A stretch of 64,000 bases of DNA. Origin: the human T2T-CHM13v2.0 reference genome, Homo sapiens. The notes under the pieces were generated by a model. It did no database searches. It saw nothing but the letters and a program-made list of their open reading frames with translations, and was not told the origin of the DNA. The stretch's first letter is position 1. The number at the start of each line of letters is the position of its first letter. Positions 50,064 to 64,000 of this stretch are shown here, piece by piece. Where the stretch lies: the NCBI RefSeq assembly GCF_009914755.1, contig NC_060926.1. One strand, written 5' to 3'. Position numbers and translations under genes: made by a program.

Positions 50064-53000
50064 AAAGATGAAACTTAGAATATATTGTTCTTGGTATATG
50101 TTTTGGAAATAATAGTAGAAAACCAACAGGTAAGAACTAAGACTGCGGTCAACCAGACTTGATAATTCTGTTCTTCAAAACACTTAGAAATGTTTAATAT
50201 TCCTTTTGTTTAGCCTGCCAGAGGTTAATCATAATTTTCTATTGTATTTTCATTTAATCTCAGAAACTGTCATGTACTTAGTTTGATGCCAGATCATGTT
50301 TTACAGTGGTCAATGGCTCAGTGGGAACTGATAGATAATTTACTGATTTGAAGGTGTTAACTGTTCTGGTCATCCTCTTAGAACTACTGCTGCACTTTCT
50401 AGTTTAAATGTGCACAGTATTTTCAGTAAGAATTTAAACAGTTTTTGATCTGGACCTGAGCACCCTATTTCAGCATTTGCAAATCAAATTGGGACCCATT
50501 CCTGTGCATTTTAGAATTATTTTTCTGGTGTGTCCTCTTACTATGCTGGGATAGGTTTCAAAAAGGAAATGTCTGTTTATTTTATTAACTCTTCCTCAGG
50601 AAAGACAGTGGTGAAGTGAGTCATTAGCACATTGTATTTTTCAATAGCTCTTTGACCTTAATCTCTGTGGCTATAAAATGAATGGGAAGATGCCTACTGT
50701 ATTATGAGTGATGAAGAAAGCCCATGATGGATTCATGTTACTGTGAATATTTCAAGGAGAAGTTAATGTAATATCTGTAGACTACAGTCATGAATCCAAG
50801 ACCAACAGAGTAAGTGTGTGTTGCTAGCAGCGTCGTCCATGTGTAGCACACATGTGTCAAGAAATAAATACAAGCTGTTCTCTGGGCTCTGATAATTCCT
50901 TTATCATGTTACCCCGAAGACAGAAGAATTGGAAGGAAAGGAGTTGCTGCCACAGTGGTTTGACTTTTTTCAGTGAGTCCAGTGATTGAATCCATCCTAT
51001 GGTGGATGGTCATTTTATAATCATGGGACAGTTACAGGGTGGTGGGTAGGCTTTTAATGGCAGTGGGGCCTAGATAGAAGCAAATATAATCACGAAGAGA
51101 CTCATACAATAGTCTTTGAAGCTGGCCCCAGAGAGCAGCATTTCACAAAAATGTTTCCACAGATGACCAGTTCAGAAGGATGTTAATAGATTGTGTGTTA
51201 AAAAGGGTCCCACAGCCAAATGTGCAGAAAAACCAAGTTAAACACAGAAAAACAAGAGATTTTGCCAAAGGACTCTTCGGGTTTTAAATATGCTTATGTA
51301 TATAGAATAGGCAGTGTTTCTCAAACATATTTGGCTGCAGAACCCCTCTTTTAGCAGAGGTCTCACAAAGTCTGTGTTTTGTGTAAAATACCTTGGGTAA
51401 AATTGCTCTAGAACATTGGTTTTCAAATATTTTTTTCTTAATCTCCTAGAATAATTTTGAAAAAGTTATGTGTTCACATATCTTTAAGCTGACATCTACA
51501 TTTTCATTAAAAAGTCAAGTGGATACAATAGGTTAATTTCTGGCACATTTATATTGTATGTGTGCATTAAATAATTTCATCAAAACTTTGGAGCTGCAGA
51601 ATTGGTTCATGCCATTGATAAACAGTCTCTGCCATTTAACCTAATTGGTAAAGCCAGATCTTCTTATGAAAGAAATCGGACTCATTACTTTTTCTGTGAC
51701 TCTATCCTGGGGTTGATATATTTGTGAATTGTTCATTTATTCTGTGCCTGTGAGAATTTTACCTTTCAAGACAGTGTTCTTAGAAAGGCCTAGAAAGATT
51801 CTGGATTGACAAGAGGTATGCCTTGACTTGGTCAAGAGCAAGAAGGCCCTGAGGAAAGGGGAAGATAGGAAAGGAAGATTGGCAAATATATTCTTAGGCA
51901 GATGACTTCAAAAAGAAACATCTGAAGGCTGAAGATCTATAGATTAGTTCCCTTAAAAGTGTCTAAGCCTGTGTGTACCCTATAGAATATCTTCATGTTC
52001 CTTCGTGGTATGTCTACCCAGTGCAAAGTTGTTCTTTGGAAGTTTAAGAAATATATATATTGTCTAAGTGATCCTTATTAAATAACTTAATAGTCTGTCT
52101 GGGAAAAGTATTTGTATTAAGAGGTATTTTTCTGCTTTCAAGTGGAAGGCATACTGCTAATGGAATTCTGTCATGGAATTTATATTTACTAGCAAAAGCT
52201 GAACACACACAGATGAATCTCCAGAAAGCTTCATATTTTCACACAGTAGAAAGATGCTCATGTCCTGTTCTTACCTTGTCCTGACTCCTGTTGGACATGC
52301 CTCATTTCCTGTATAAACTTGCGTCACTAAGAAGACAGTAAATTCTTACTCACTTTGTTAAACATACATACTTTCCTGTAGGAGAAGAGATGCATAAAAA
52401 TATATTTATTTCCCAGAAGGGCACTTGTGCTGTTCGTAATATATTATGCACCAAATGTCATACTTTCTTTATTCCCTGGCATTTTCAGCCCTGGCAACTG
52501 GCAGATTGTTTTGAAGTCAGAGAATATTTAAACTACAAGTAACCTTGGGGATAATATAGTTCAGCCCCTCTGTGTTACAGGAGAGGACACTGAGATCAAG
52601 AGAAACTCAGAGACTTGCTCTGGGTAACATAACATTTTGTCCTAGTTGGACCAAAAGCTAGATCTTAGTGGAATATTCCTCCTATTATTTTCCCCCATCC
52701 TCTCCATCCTTTTTAGAAATATGGCCTTGGACGAAATTATCTCTGTAAAATGGAATAATTATTCTTGTACTGCTCACCATCCAGAATTGTTGTGAAGTTC
52801 CAGTGAGATACGGTGTGCTATAGAAATGTAAAGAATCCTGATGAGGTAGAAGGAAGATGAAGGTCCTCACTTCATCGTCACCTTATCGCATCATTCCCAT
52901 GTACTGAAATACTTAGGCTGTTTTATGTTGGGTTGTTCATAGGGAGTCTCTTGTTATGCATGTATACCTGATTACTTTATATTCTTCTACTACCTGGTTA

Positions 53001-53566
53001 ATAGAAGCCCAGCCCTCTTATTTCTGTTGTATTAGTTTGAACCATAGGACATTGCCAATATTTGACCATTTTAGAAGAAGAGCAGTTTTAGAAGAAAAGC
53101 AGTTTTGTGTTCCTGAACTTCATCTGTGAGCTGAAGTATGTGGTAGGCTATACAGGCAGAGATACCTGTAAATGTTTTAAATAAGTGGAAAAGTATGTAA
53201 AGCTCCTTCATGTTAGCTGTAGTAGCTTCATGGATTTTGCCTACTCCAGAGGAGCACATGGGTCCGTATGAATTTCTTTCCTAGTTTCTGTTTCTGTAAA
53301 CTTCTAGACTGCCTGCCTGAACACAAAAGCTCAGATGGGGATAGGGAATGGTGACTGGCTGTATGTGGGTGCTGAGCCCCTTCAGCCATTTATTTTGGCC
53401 TTCATTCTTTAACTCAGGAAGTTGTTCTGTATGCAGTGGTTATACCACTTCTTCAAAGGACAGACTTCCACAGTTTTCCAGAGAAATTTGTCATCTATAG
53501 AGGGAGAACAAGGAATAAATTCATGTATTTTTCAAACTAAATATTAAAATACTTTTGATTTAGTTA

Positions 53567-53971
<405 letters not shown>

Positions 53972-54071
53972 TTATTTGAATTTATTCCTTCACAAATAAG
54001 CTATTTATAAAATGACAAATATTGTAATCAGGTTTTATTTGATTAAAGAAAGAAGATAGCTTTAGGCAATG

Positions 54072-54346
54072 AAGTCCAAATAGAATTCTGGTTTACCATT
54101 CACCCGTCACGTTCCATACAGTTGTTAAGTCTGAATAGAATTACGGTTTACCATTCACCCATCATGTTCCATACAGTTGTTAAGTCTAAATAGAATTATG
54201 GTTTACCATTCACCCATCACGTTCCATACAGTTTTTAAGTATAAATAGAATTCTGCTTTACCATTCACCCATCACATTCCATACAGTTGTTAAGTCTAAA
54301 TAGAATTCTGGTTTACCATTCACCTATCACGTTCCAAACAGTTGTT
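54072..54346. repeat. Minisatellite, 5 x 55 bp
   Basis: Units start at 54072, 54127, 54182, 54237 and 54292; consensus AAGTCTAAATAGAATTCTGGTTTACCATTCACCCATCACGTTCCATACAGTTGTT. Confidence 0.97.
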
Positions 54347-54580
54347 AAACTTTGGCCTGATGATGTCATCACTTGGAATGTTCTTCTCTCATCCAGATAC
54401 AATGCGTTCAGTTCAACCAATGCTTTGTTCTTAACGTGTTTGTGAGTCTCTGACATCCTTTACTTTAATTTAGAAAGCTTGTGACTACCTGTCTAGGAAA
54501 AATCACTTAGGCAGTTGCTCCTGTTTCTTAATAATTAGAAATGTCTTATTAATTTATTAATTTCTGAAGTCCTATGTTAA

Positions 54581-54954
<374 letters not shown>

Positions 54955-56439
54955 AGAAACGTTCTTAATCACAATCTGGGTGGTGGTTACACCACAAGTA
55001 GATATGCAAAAATTCATCTAGTTGTATACTTAAGATTGATATATTCTAGTGTATATACGTTAAATATAGGAAACAGAAATCTAATCTCTAATTTGTAGTA
55101 GCTCAGGAAATATAAAAAAATAGATGAACCAAGGCAGTTGAAGGAAACAGTTTTTCTGGAAGCTGTGAGAATGTGTCACAAAGGAAGGCCCAGGCTTCCT
55201 GGGTTCTTCGGGCCAAAATTAGGGGAAGTGTTGGTGCCAGTGCCGGTGGCACAAGCTGATTAAAACAGTCATAACAGGAAGAGTCTTACACGATTCTTCG
55301 TCTTTGTGGATGTTTCTGTTTCTTCCTGTCTATACCTGATAGGTTTGCTTGGTCATTTTGTTTGTTTTCTTCCGTCTGAATTCCTGTCCTCCATTCCCAT
55401 GGCATCAGAGTCAAGGCAGTAAGCAGTGTGGAGAGTCAAAGAAGGGGCATTGGAAGAGGGTACTAGGCATTGGTTGTAAATCAGGTATTTATGAGTCTGG
55501 GGGGAAACCTCTACATTAACCTGGCAGCCAGCCGCAAGGCTGAGATGGTGCTGTTATAGAAACCACCTAGCAAGGGAAAATTCTGGGTCCTCAATCTTAT
55601 CATGGAATGTGTAGTGGTGCAGCCAATGAACAGGAATACAGGCCATTCAGGGGAAGAGGAATGCTAATAATCATACCCTAGTGAGGATATGAGGGGAAAT
55701 AGAAGAGTGGAAATTTTGTCCAGCCTTCTTGACCACAACTGGCTGGTTACCCAAACTTGAGGTTTTACTTGGGACATATAATAGGGCTTCACTTGTACCG
55801 TGTAAGCTCCAACTGGACTTGGCACTCTTCCTGGTCCTTCATGGTGGTTTTCTTAAAAAGAATGAGTTACGGGGGAATATTTTCAGTTACATGCTGTACA
55901 TAAAAGTGCATTACAGAACAACACACACTTCAATAAATAATGAGATGGTCAGGTGCTGTACTGTGTGCCGTACCAGGTGTCATCTAGCTGTACCAGTTTC
56001 CAGCTACGTGCAAGTTGGAACACCATAGAATTTATACAGCAAATATGCATTAACTTATCATTTGAATGTCACGGAAGGTATCATATTTTATCACTGAAAT
56101 TAACTTAAAAATTGCATGCTCTGAGTAAAATATGTACGTATAGATCACGATGCCTACTTAGAACATGAAATATTGATGTTCATATAATGTTAATATTTGC
56201 TTAAATAGTGATTGAGGGCTGTATTTTCTTTTTATGTGATGATCCTGATAGTAATGTTTTGCTACCATTGTATCCAACTTTTTGATTTTCAATTAATTAC
56301 CTTTGCAAGTGACTATATAATCTTTCTTTGTAAAATCACTTCATTTATATCTCTCCTCTTTCAAATCGCTTTGATTTCCCCCTGGATCTCCATATGCAGA
56401 GTATCTTAAGTGTCTATTTGTAGCAGTGATTTCCTCTTT

Positions 56440-57520
56440 CACTGTATTTCTGAATCTTCTGCTGCTACTGGGTATTTCTACTTGGGTATCCCAATGTGAC
56501 CTTGAACTATAAAACTGAACTCCTCTTCTTCCTGCCTTCTTTCTTCCTCAGAACTCCTTCCGCAAAACCAGCTGTGATTTTTTTTTTCCTTTTTTCTTAG
56601 ATTAGGAGCCTCCCAGACATCCTTGACTCCTTTCTCTTACTTTCTCATGATGTGTAGTCCAGTCAAGCACCATGCATTTTCAGTTGTTCTTAAAAAAAAA
56701 AAAAAAAAGATTTGTCCATTCTTTATCTTCCTGATTGTTCTCACTGTCACCAGCCTGGCTGTTACCAACCTCATACTTGCATGACCCCTTCAAGTGATCA
56801 GACTTTTAATCTCTTCTCAACAAGCCATGTGTTGGCCAGGTGAATTTTCCTAGAGTCTGTCTTTGAGTCTTTCTTTCTCCTGCTCAGAAACCTTTAGTAT
56901 ATAGCTCCCTGTTCTCAATGAAACTGAATCCAAATGCAGCCTGAATTGTACCAGCTCTGTTTCCAACTATTTACCTTCCTGAATCTTCTTTTCCAGCCAG
57001 TGGTTTGACTCATCATTTCCTGAGCCTCCATCCACTGGCCACACTCTGTGCTCAAGCTCCAGGGTTTCCCACACAAGTCATTCCTTCCCTTCCTCGCCCA
57101 TCCATCCAGCTCCTGCCCAGACATCAGCACTCTAAAGCCTTACCTCCTCCTCAGTGCCACAGTCTGCCCCACCTCCAGCTTCCTTCTGTGGCTTTTACTG
57201 TCTGTATAGGCAATTTCATAATTTAACTTCTAACAGTTTATGACAGTTCTTTCTTGTGATGACTTGGACTGCTTTTCACTTCTTAAGTTTTTCAAATATT
57301 CATATGTATAGTTAGACTGTCAGTGCTTCTAGAGTGAGAGTCTTTGCCTTACCTATATGCTCCATAATGCCTAACATAAACTAACACTAAAGCAAAAGCT
57401 CTGTGAAGGCCAGAATTTTTATCAGTTTTTTTCACTAGTAAATCCTTAGCACCTGGCATGTAGTAGGTATGTAATAAATATTTGCTATATAAATTGTAAA
57501 TGTTCAATAAACATTAACTG
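56440..57520 (+). mobile_element. L2 LINE remnant(s)
   Basis: Pyrimidine-rich body ending cttagcacctggcatgtagtagg...aataaatatttg, typical of the L2 3' end. Confidence 0.6.
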
Positions 57521-57666
57521 ATTTAAGATTATTCACACCTGCTACATCCTTTTTTCACTATAACTAAAAGATTACTATAGTGAAAAAGGAAGTGAATGCA
57601 ATGTATAGCCAGAATCTGCTCAATGGGGCTTGACTGCTCCTTCTAAAGAATTGTGTTTTCCTGCAG

Positions 57667-57789
57667 ATATTAATGAATGTCAGCTACAAGGTGTATGCCC
57701 TAATGGTGAGTGTTTGAATACCATGGGCAGCTATCGATGTACCTGCAAAATAGGATTTGGGCCGGATCCTACCTTTTCAAGTTGTGTTC
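57667..57789 (+). CDS. LTBP1: LTBP1 coding exon (probably exon 10), 123 nt, phase 1-1; calcium-binding EGF domain
   Basis: ttttcctgcag|ATATT acceptor, TTC|gtaagt donor. Encodes (D)INECQLQGVCPNGECLNTMGSYRCTCKIGFGPDPTFSSCV with DINEC and C-x-N-x4-Y-x-C motifs. Confidence 0.97.
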
Positions 57790-58649
57790 GTAAGTAATAA
57801 TCACTTTTTATTCCTGTTTTGGATTAATTGTCTTTGGGGTTTTTCCAAAAGAACGGAAATACTCAGTGGCCAACTGAATGCTTGTAAATATACAGGAAAA
57901 CCTCATTAATTAAAATAACAAGCAAGGGGCCTGCCTGATGTAGTAAAATAAATTGATATCATGGAACCTTCTCTAAAATGCATTTTTATTGTGGTGATAA
58001 AAATATAATAGCTAAAACTCTGAATAGAGACTAAGCACACCGAGGAAATATGCTTTGATGAAAAGAAAAGAGAGAATTAAAATGGACATATCAAACTTTT
58101 TTGGTACCTGAGAGATGACAGTAAGTTTTTCCTTCATAAATACGGTATTTTAAGCATTCTTTAGGTTGAATTGAACTGTGTCCCAGCTTCTGCCTTTAAT
58201 TATTCCAAATTCTGAGTCACTGGACTCTGATTTAATGAGGTTTCACTTCTTTCTCAATTGTAAGAGTCTGGAAAATAGTTACCAAGGCCCTGTGTTTTAG
58301 ATTTTCTAATTCAGTCCTAATTTCAGATATTGTCTTGTTCTTTAAACCCACCAAAATGACCCTAAATTATACTGTTTTGCCTTAAAAATGTTTCTGAGAT
58401 TTTCCCTTGTTTCTGATAAGGGTAAAAATCCTTCATTAAACCACATGTTCTAATATTGGTTCTGAAAGATAGTTTCACCAAAGAGATACTCCCTCTCCGT
58501 GTAAATTAATCCATGTAATCACTACAGATCATATGCCATTAGAGAGGAATGCATTTTAGGTGTAAAGTTCTCAAATGCAGATTTGAGATTTTTAAGAATG
58601 TCTTATTTTTAAAGTAATCATGCCCATTATTATAGGTAAGCACTGTAAG

Positions 58650-58748
58650 ATTTTTTTTAAAGAGATGGGGTCTTGCTATGTTGCCTAGGCTGGACTCAAA
58701 TGATCACTGTTCAGCCTGCTGAGTAGCATGACTATAGACATGGGCCTT
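58650..58748 (-). mobile_element. FLAM-like Alu monomer fragment
   Basis: gagatggggtcttgctatgttgcctaggctgg; flanking AGCACTG..AGATTTTT repeat. Confidence 0.7.
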
Positions 58749-58865
58749 GTAGCACTGCAGATTTTTAAAGATTATATACAATTTAAATGGCTGCATGGCA
58801 GAAAACTATTAGGATAATTTTAAGAACAACTGTGTATTAGTTTCTTTCCTGCAAGTTTTTGTTTT

Positions 58866-59200
<335 letters not shown>

Positions 59201-60468
59201 TAATGTGGCTTTGGTATATAATGAGCTGCATCTTTCTTGTCTAGTTTGAAATTTGCCATTTGGTTGACATGTTCTTCATGAGTTTACTGCCATTCATTTT
59301 TAACGAAGCTTATCTCTCTTAACTCTTTGCCCTAAGGTGAGATATGTAGAGGTGATAAAATAAAGACAAATGTAGTAAAATAAAAATGACAGTCTCATTT
59401 ATTACTTTTAGGTGAGTTTGTTGAGTCTTTTGAAATGTTATCACTAATTACTACTCTTTTCCTTTAAAAACTGTCAACTGCAGATTAGGAAGTTTTACAC
59501 GTAAGTCCTCTTTTCTGTGTTCTTTTACAAACAGTTCTGATCATGAAGCAGACAGACACCTAATTATAAGGCTTTCCTAACGGGTGGTAAAATTAGACCA
59601 TAAAATTACATTTGCACACAAATTACCTTTGAAACTGATGCAAGGATTTGGAAATTTCAGGCCAAAAATCACATTGTTGATGACATCCAGATAACTTAGG
59701 GGATCATTTTTGGCTGATTTGAATCACATGAATAAATATGTTAAATCATTTTATAATTTAAATGTAAAGATTGTAGAGTTTGGATATAGAGTTTGTTGTG
59801 AATGCTTTTTCCACCCTTTTATAATTTGACTTGTAGTCTGGTTACAATTCTTATATTGAAGGTTGCTGATTAGGTAAACTTGCAGAACTAGTCACAAAAC
59901 GCTCTGTGAAACTTTGACCAGATCTGATGTCTAGAGTTGAGGGCAGACATCCAGGTTTTAATAAGATTATAGAAATCTGCCAATGAGATTTTTGAAACAC
60001 TTGCACATTTCCTTAGCATTTATTTTCCCTGTCATTGCCCAAATAATTCTGAACTTATTAAACAACCATCCATTCTTATTTGAAAAATAAATAATTCAAT
60101 TTTATGGTTCAGCTACAACAGCTGAACTGATAAGTATTAAGAGACGTTTGTTGCTAGTTAAGTGTTCCAGTTGAGAGTTCGAAGTGAAAACCTGGGCTCT
60201 TTACCAGTGTTGAGTGAGAAGATTTATTTCTCTTTCCTCTGAATTTACCACATGTAACATCACAGAGACATGTAGAGTTCCTTTAGGATTTGCGATTTGA
60301 ACCAGTCCAGTCTGATTTTCAGGTGAATTCTGTGAAGAGCTTGATGGGGGAAGTCTGAAGACAGAAGGAATTAGGGAAAAGGGTGATACTTACAGAGTAA
60401 AGGAAATAAATGAAAAGATAATGGTATTTTTGGTAGTCACAGGGAAATAGCAGGAGGGGACTGGAGAT

Positions 60469-60511
60469 CACACACACGCACACGCACACACACACACACA
60501 GACACACACAC
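60469..60511. repeat. Imperfect (CA)n
   Basis: CA run interrupted by CG/GA. Confidence 0.9.
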
Positions 60512-61434
60512 AGGCACTCAACACAGTGGTTGCTAAATGTTTGCTCTGGAGAGAGAGAAAACCAGCCAGGGATGAAGCCTGCAGGCAAATGGAGGACAAA
60601 TGACAACATTTGCTAGGACAGCATGAATTTAGGCCATATCCAGAGCATACAAGGTGTGGCTGACTCTCTGAACTCCTGCACATGGTTATGGCCAAGGAAC
60701 AACGGGAAGCACTTTCTCTTCTTGAATGCACTGAACTGAGATGAACCCCCCAGAATTCCTTGACTGCAGCCAAAGGTTGCAACAATTTCACTTTCTCTCC
60801 TTGCCGCTTGCCTTGGCTTAGCCAAGCTAAAAGGAAGAAAGCAGGCAAATGCTGGCATTTGCTGCCTCTGACCTCTATGTTTGAGGCTTAGGATGGTGTA
60901 GGAGCATTCTCCAGACATGTTGCTACCTGATTTATGGGGAAAGGTGGAAATTCGAGGACTTTTCAGAGCAAATTCAAGAAAAGTATCATCTTTGCAATCC
61001 AAGTAGGAAGACTTTCTGGCTTTCTGAACTCCTGCAGGAACTTCAGAGCTCCAGGATGAGTGCTGCTGAGAATGTGTCCATAGGTTCAGTAAAAAGGCCC
61101 AGATAAAAGAATTCTGAGCCTGGGCTTTTGCCTTTTCGTAGTATTCTTCACCCATCAACTTGGAGCTAGTTGACAGAAATGGAGGGTTAGAGAGAAGATG
61201 TGCTCAGGAACTTCTGCCGTAGTCCTGGAAGTCATGAGAGAAAGGGCAAATGCCTTTTAATTAAGTACATCATTCATTTGTAATTTCCTGAGCATCTTTA
61301 TGAGAAACATACCATGCTTATCTTATACATTGGGAAACTAAAGCTAGGAAAGTTTAAGTAGCTTCTCACACAGCTAGTAGCTGAGAGTTGAGATTTAAAA
61401 CAGGATTTGTGCCTCCAAATTTAGGGTTCTAGAT

Positions 61435-61650
61435 CAGGAGTTGGCAAATTATAGCCCATGGGAAAAAATCTGTTTGTTTTTGAAAATAAAGTTTTATTGG
61501 AACACAGCCATGTCCATTCATTTACTTATTGCCTAATGCTGCTTTTGTATTACAAAGACAGAGTTGAGAAGTTACAACAGAAATCATATGGCACACAAAG
61601 CCTAAAATACTTATTATCTGATGCTTGACAGAAAAAGTTTGCTGACGCTC
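61435..61650 (+). mobile_element. MER58A-like hAT MITE
   Basis: caggagttggcaaattatagcccatgg...aataaagttttattggaacacagcc...cagaaaaagtttgctgac. Confidence 0.8.
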
Positions 61651-61659
61651 AAGCTAATT

Positions 61660-61835
61660 AACACTGTCCAATAGAACTATCTGAGATGATGGAAATATTC
61701 TCTATCTGTGCCACCTCATACAGCAGCCACTAGTCATGTATGGCCTGTGTAACTGAGGAATTGAATTTTTACTTTTATTTAAATTTTATCCAAGGAGCAA
61801 CATGTGGCTAGTGCCTAACATATTGAGTGGCGTAG
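61660..61835. mobile_element. MER3-like hAT MITE
   Basis: ctgtccaatagaact...gatggaaatattct...gccactag...tgtggctagtg...atattg. Confidence 0.7.
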
Positions 61836-62199
61836 TTTTGTATCCTTTTTGGCAAGCCAAATGGGTTAATTACTGCTAGCTTTCCAGCTTTTCCGTTAAT
61901 ATGGGCTTTCCTTCCAGACTTGATATTTTTTGCCCATGGTAACATTTTCTCCAGAGCACCCCGGCTGGGAGCCTGTGTCATCTTGGACTCTTTTGTATCT
62001 TTTGGTTTCAAAGGATGACATTTAGTCTTCATAATTTATCTTATGCCCGTTCTTTTCTTTCTACCTTCTCTGTGGCCATCTCAGGTTAGGCCCCTAGCCT
62101 CCCTCACTTGGAGGTCTCATGGCACCGTGGCCCGGAGGTGAGACAGATCTGTACAAGCTGCTTGCTCCCAGATAATTACAGTAAACAAAAACCATGACA

Positions 62200-62445
62200 A
62201 TAATAATTTTTATTGCAAACTTCGTAAATGCCAGGCACTGTGCTAAGCACTTTATGTGAATTATCCCATATAATACTTACAAGATCTCTATTGGATTTGT
62301 TCTGTTATTTTTCCTAATTTAGAAATGAAGGAATTAAGGCATAGAGGGGTTAGGGATCTTTCCAACAGTCATACAGTCCATAAAGGGTAGAGCCCAGATT
62401 TGAAACTGGATCTGTCTCACTCCACAAGCTGAACCTTTAATCAAG
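62200..62445 (-). mobile_element. MIR
   Basis: tgccaggcactgtgctaagcacttta...gagcccagatttgaa core. Confidence 0.7.
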
Positions 62446-62591
62446 AAATGGAAAAGTCTGAAATGCCAGGAGGAGTAAGTCATTTATTTAAGGAGAACTG
62501 ACATTTTAATCTCACCTGCCACACTATAGAATAGGTGACGTAACTGCAATGGCCTTGAATTATTGTTTCTTTTATTTTGGTTCTCCACGAA

Positions 62592-62892
<301 letters not shown>

Positions 62893-63236
62893 TGAAATGG
62901 TTTTTAATGACACATTTCCCAGAGTGCCCAGTGGTTCTTACTGCCCTAGGTAAGCTGCCTCTCAGACTCCTCAAAGCAGCTTTACCTGCTTCCTAGACCT
63001 GTATCCTAACACTCATCCCCATAGATACTAAGCTGTAAAGGGATTAAATGCTAATGTGGAATTTCATCCAAGAAATGATTAAGGATATTACAGATGTGGG
63101 TGGGAGTGATTGCAGACTAGTAAGGTTAGCTAGACTTTTAAACCCTTGCTCTTTTCTGAAATCCTCCCTACTTTTCAACTTCTTCTAAGTACCAGATTAA
63201 TTAATATCTGCTTAATATTTGTCATTCACATTTTAA

Positions 63237-63325
63237 CCCATTTATGCCTGGTGTTCCATTATTGGAATGCTGAGCTTGTGGGAGTTATTTATATCCTGCT
63301 CAAGGTCATCTCAGTAGGTCTGATT

Positions 63326-63391
<66 letters not shown>

Positions 63392-63414
63392 TTACAACCT
63401 CCAGCATAAATGGG
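63237..63414 (+). mobile_element. MER85 (non-autonomous PGBD3 piggyBac MITE) with internal (CA)31
   Basis: TTAA|CCCATTTATGC...GCATAAATGGG|TTAA; palindrome GTTCCATTATTGGAAT at 63253-63268; CA run at 63329-63390. Confidence 0.92.
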
Positions 63415-64000
63415 TTAATACATTAGAGTAGTATGTCTTTGAAAGTATAATGTGAGTTTATTATACAATCCTATAATTAAGGCCATAATTAAATATAAGT
63501 TGCTTAATATATCACTGAGGAACCCGAATAATAGTATCTTAGCTTTTTACTCTTGTTTTGTAATTGAATTGCCATCACCATGGGCTGTATGGTTATGATT
63601 TGGTACTATACTTGGGTACAGAGCTATATGCTTGTTACCAGTTTGAAAATTTGTCTTATGTCTGTAGCCAAGAGCAAAAAAATTACTTTCCTGGTGGATG
63701 TGGCATTTTCAGTAGGTTTTATGCTTCTGAAGTGCTTTTCCTTTTAGATAAAGTATCAGAATCTTTTTGCCGTAATTTTAGTAACACATCCTGCACAAAA
63801 TAGGATCTGACAAAGTACTGTTTCAGTGTACAAACATGTAAGAGCCTACAGGCACCCTTTATTATCACTCCTCAGTTTTATTCGATTCTACAGCTGCTTC
63901 CCCTATCCCTTAGAAATCTTTTGGTATTTCTAGTTTTCTTTAGTACAGCATAAAACCTTATGACTCAGTAGAATATATAATCACATGTACCATATTTTAA

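Noticed and set aside
54072-54346. CRISPR-like array
   Set aside because: Contiguous units with no unique spacers; eukaryotic intron.
60119-60135. E-box/GATA composite (CAGCTG...TGATAAG)
   Set aside because: Spacing is shorter than the TAL1-GATA composite and there is no other support.
60613-61158. 181-aa antisense ORF (also 166-aa ORF at 25207-25707)
   Set aside because: No domain or motif; lengths compatible with chance open frames.

Overview
This is human (or great-ape) genomic DNA from inside LTBP1 (latent TGF-beta binding protein 1), + strand. Five coding exons (862-1086, 2583-2857, 31557-31659, 36085-36156, 57667-57789) splice in frame through GT-AG sites into EGF-like, Pro/Gln-rich, hybrid/8-Cys and calcium-binding EGF segments. 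From memory these are exons 6-10 of the long isoform. The rest is intron, dense in transposons: about 17 Alus plus monomers, two young L1PA insertions, a full-length Tigger1, MaLR/ERV1 solo LTRs, MITEs, L2/MIR, and tandem repeats. Almost all ORFs in the supplied track are repeat-derived or spurious. Four items stand out: (1) an L1PA7-like insertion capped by an inverted copy of 5S rRNA nt 1-40 inside one 16-bp TSD, apparently twin priming on a second RNA; (2) a near-seamless twin-primed L1PA3-like element; (3) a MER85 piggyBac MITE that keeps the CSB-PGBD3 palindrome and carries an internal (CA)31; (4) inverted Alus tightly bracketing the 275-nt exon (circRNA candidate). I see no new protein-coding system. 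Repeat subfamily names come from recalled consensus motifs, not an alignment.
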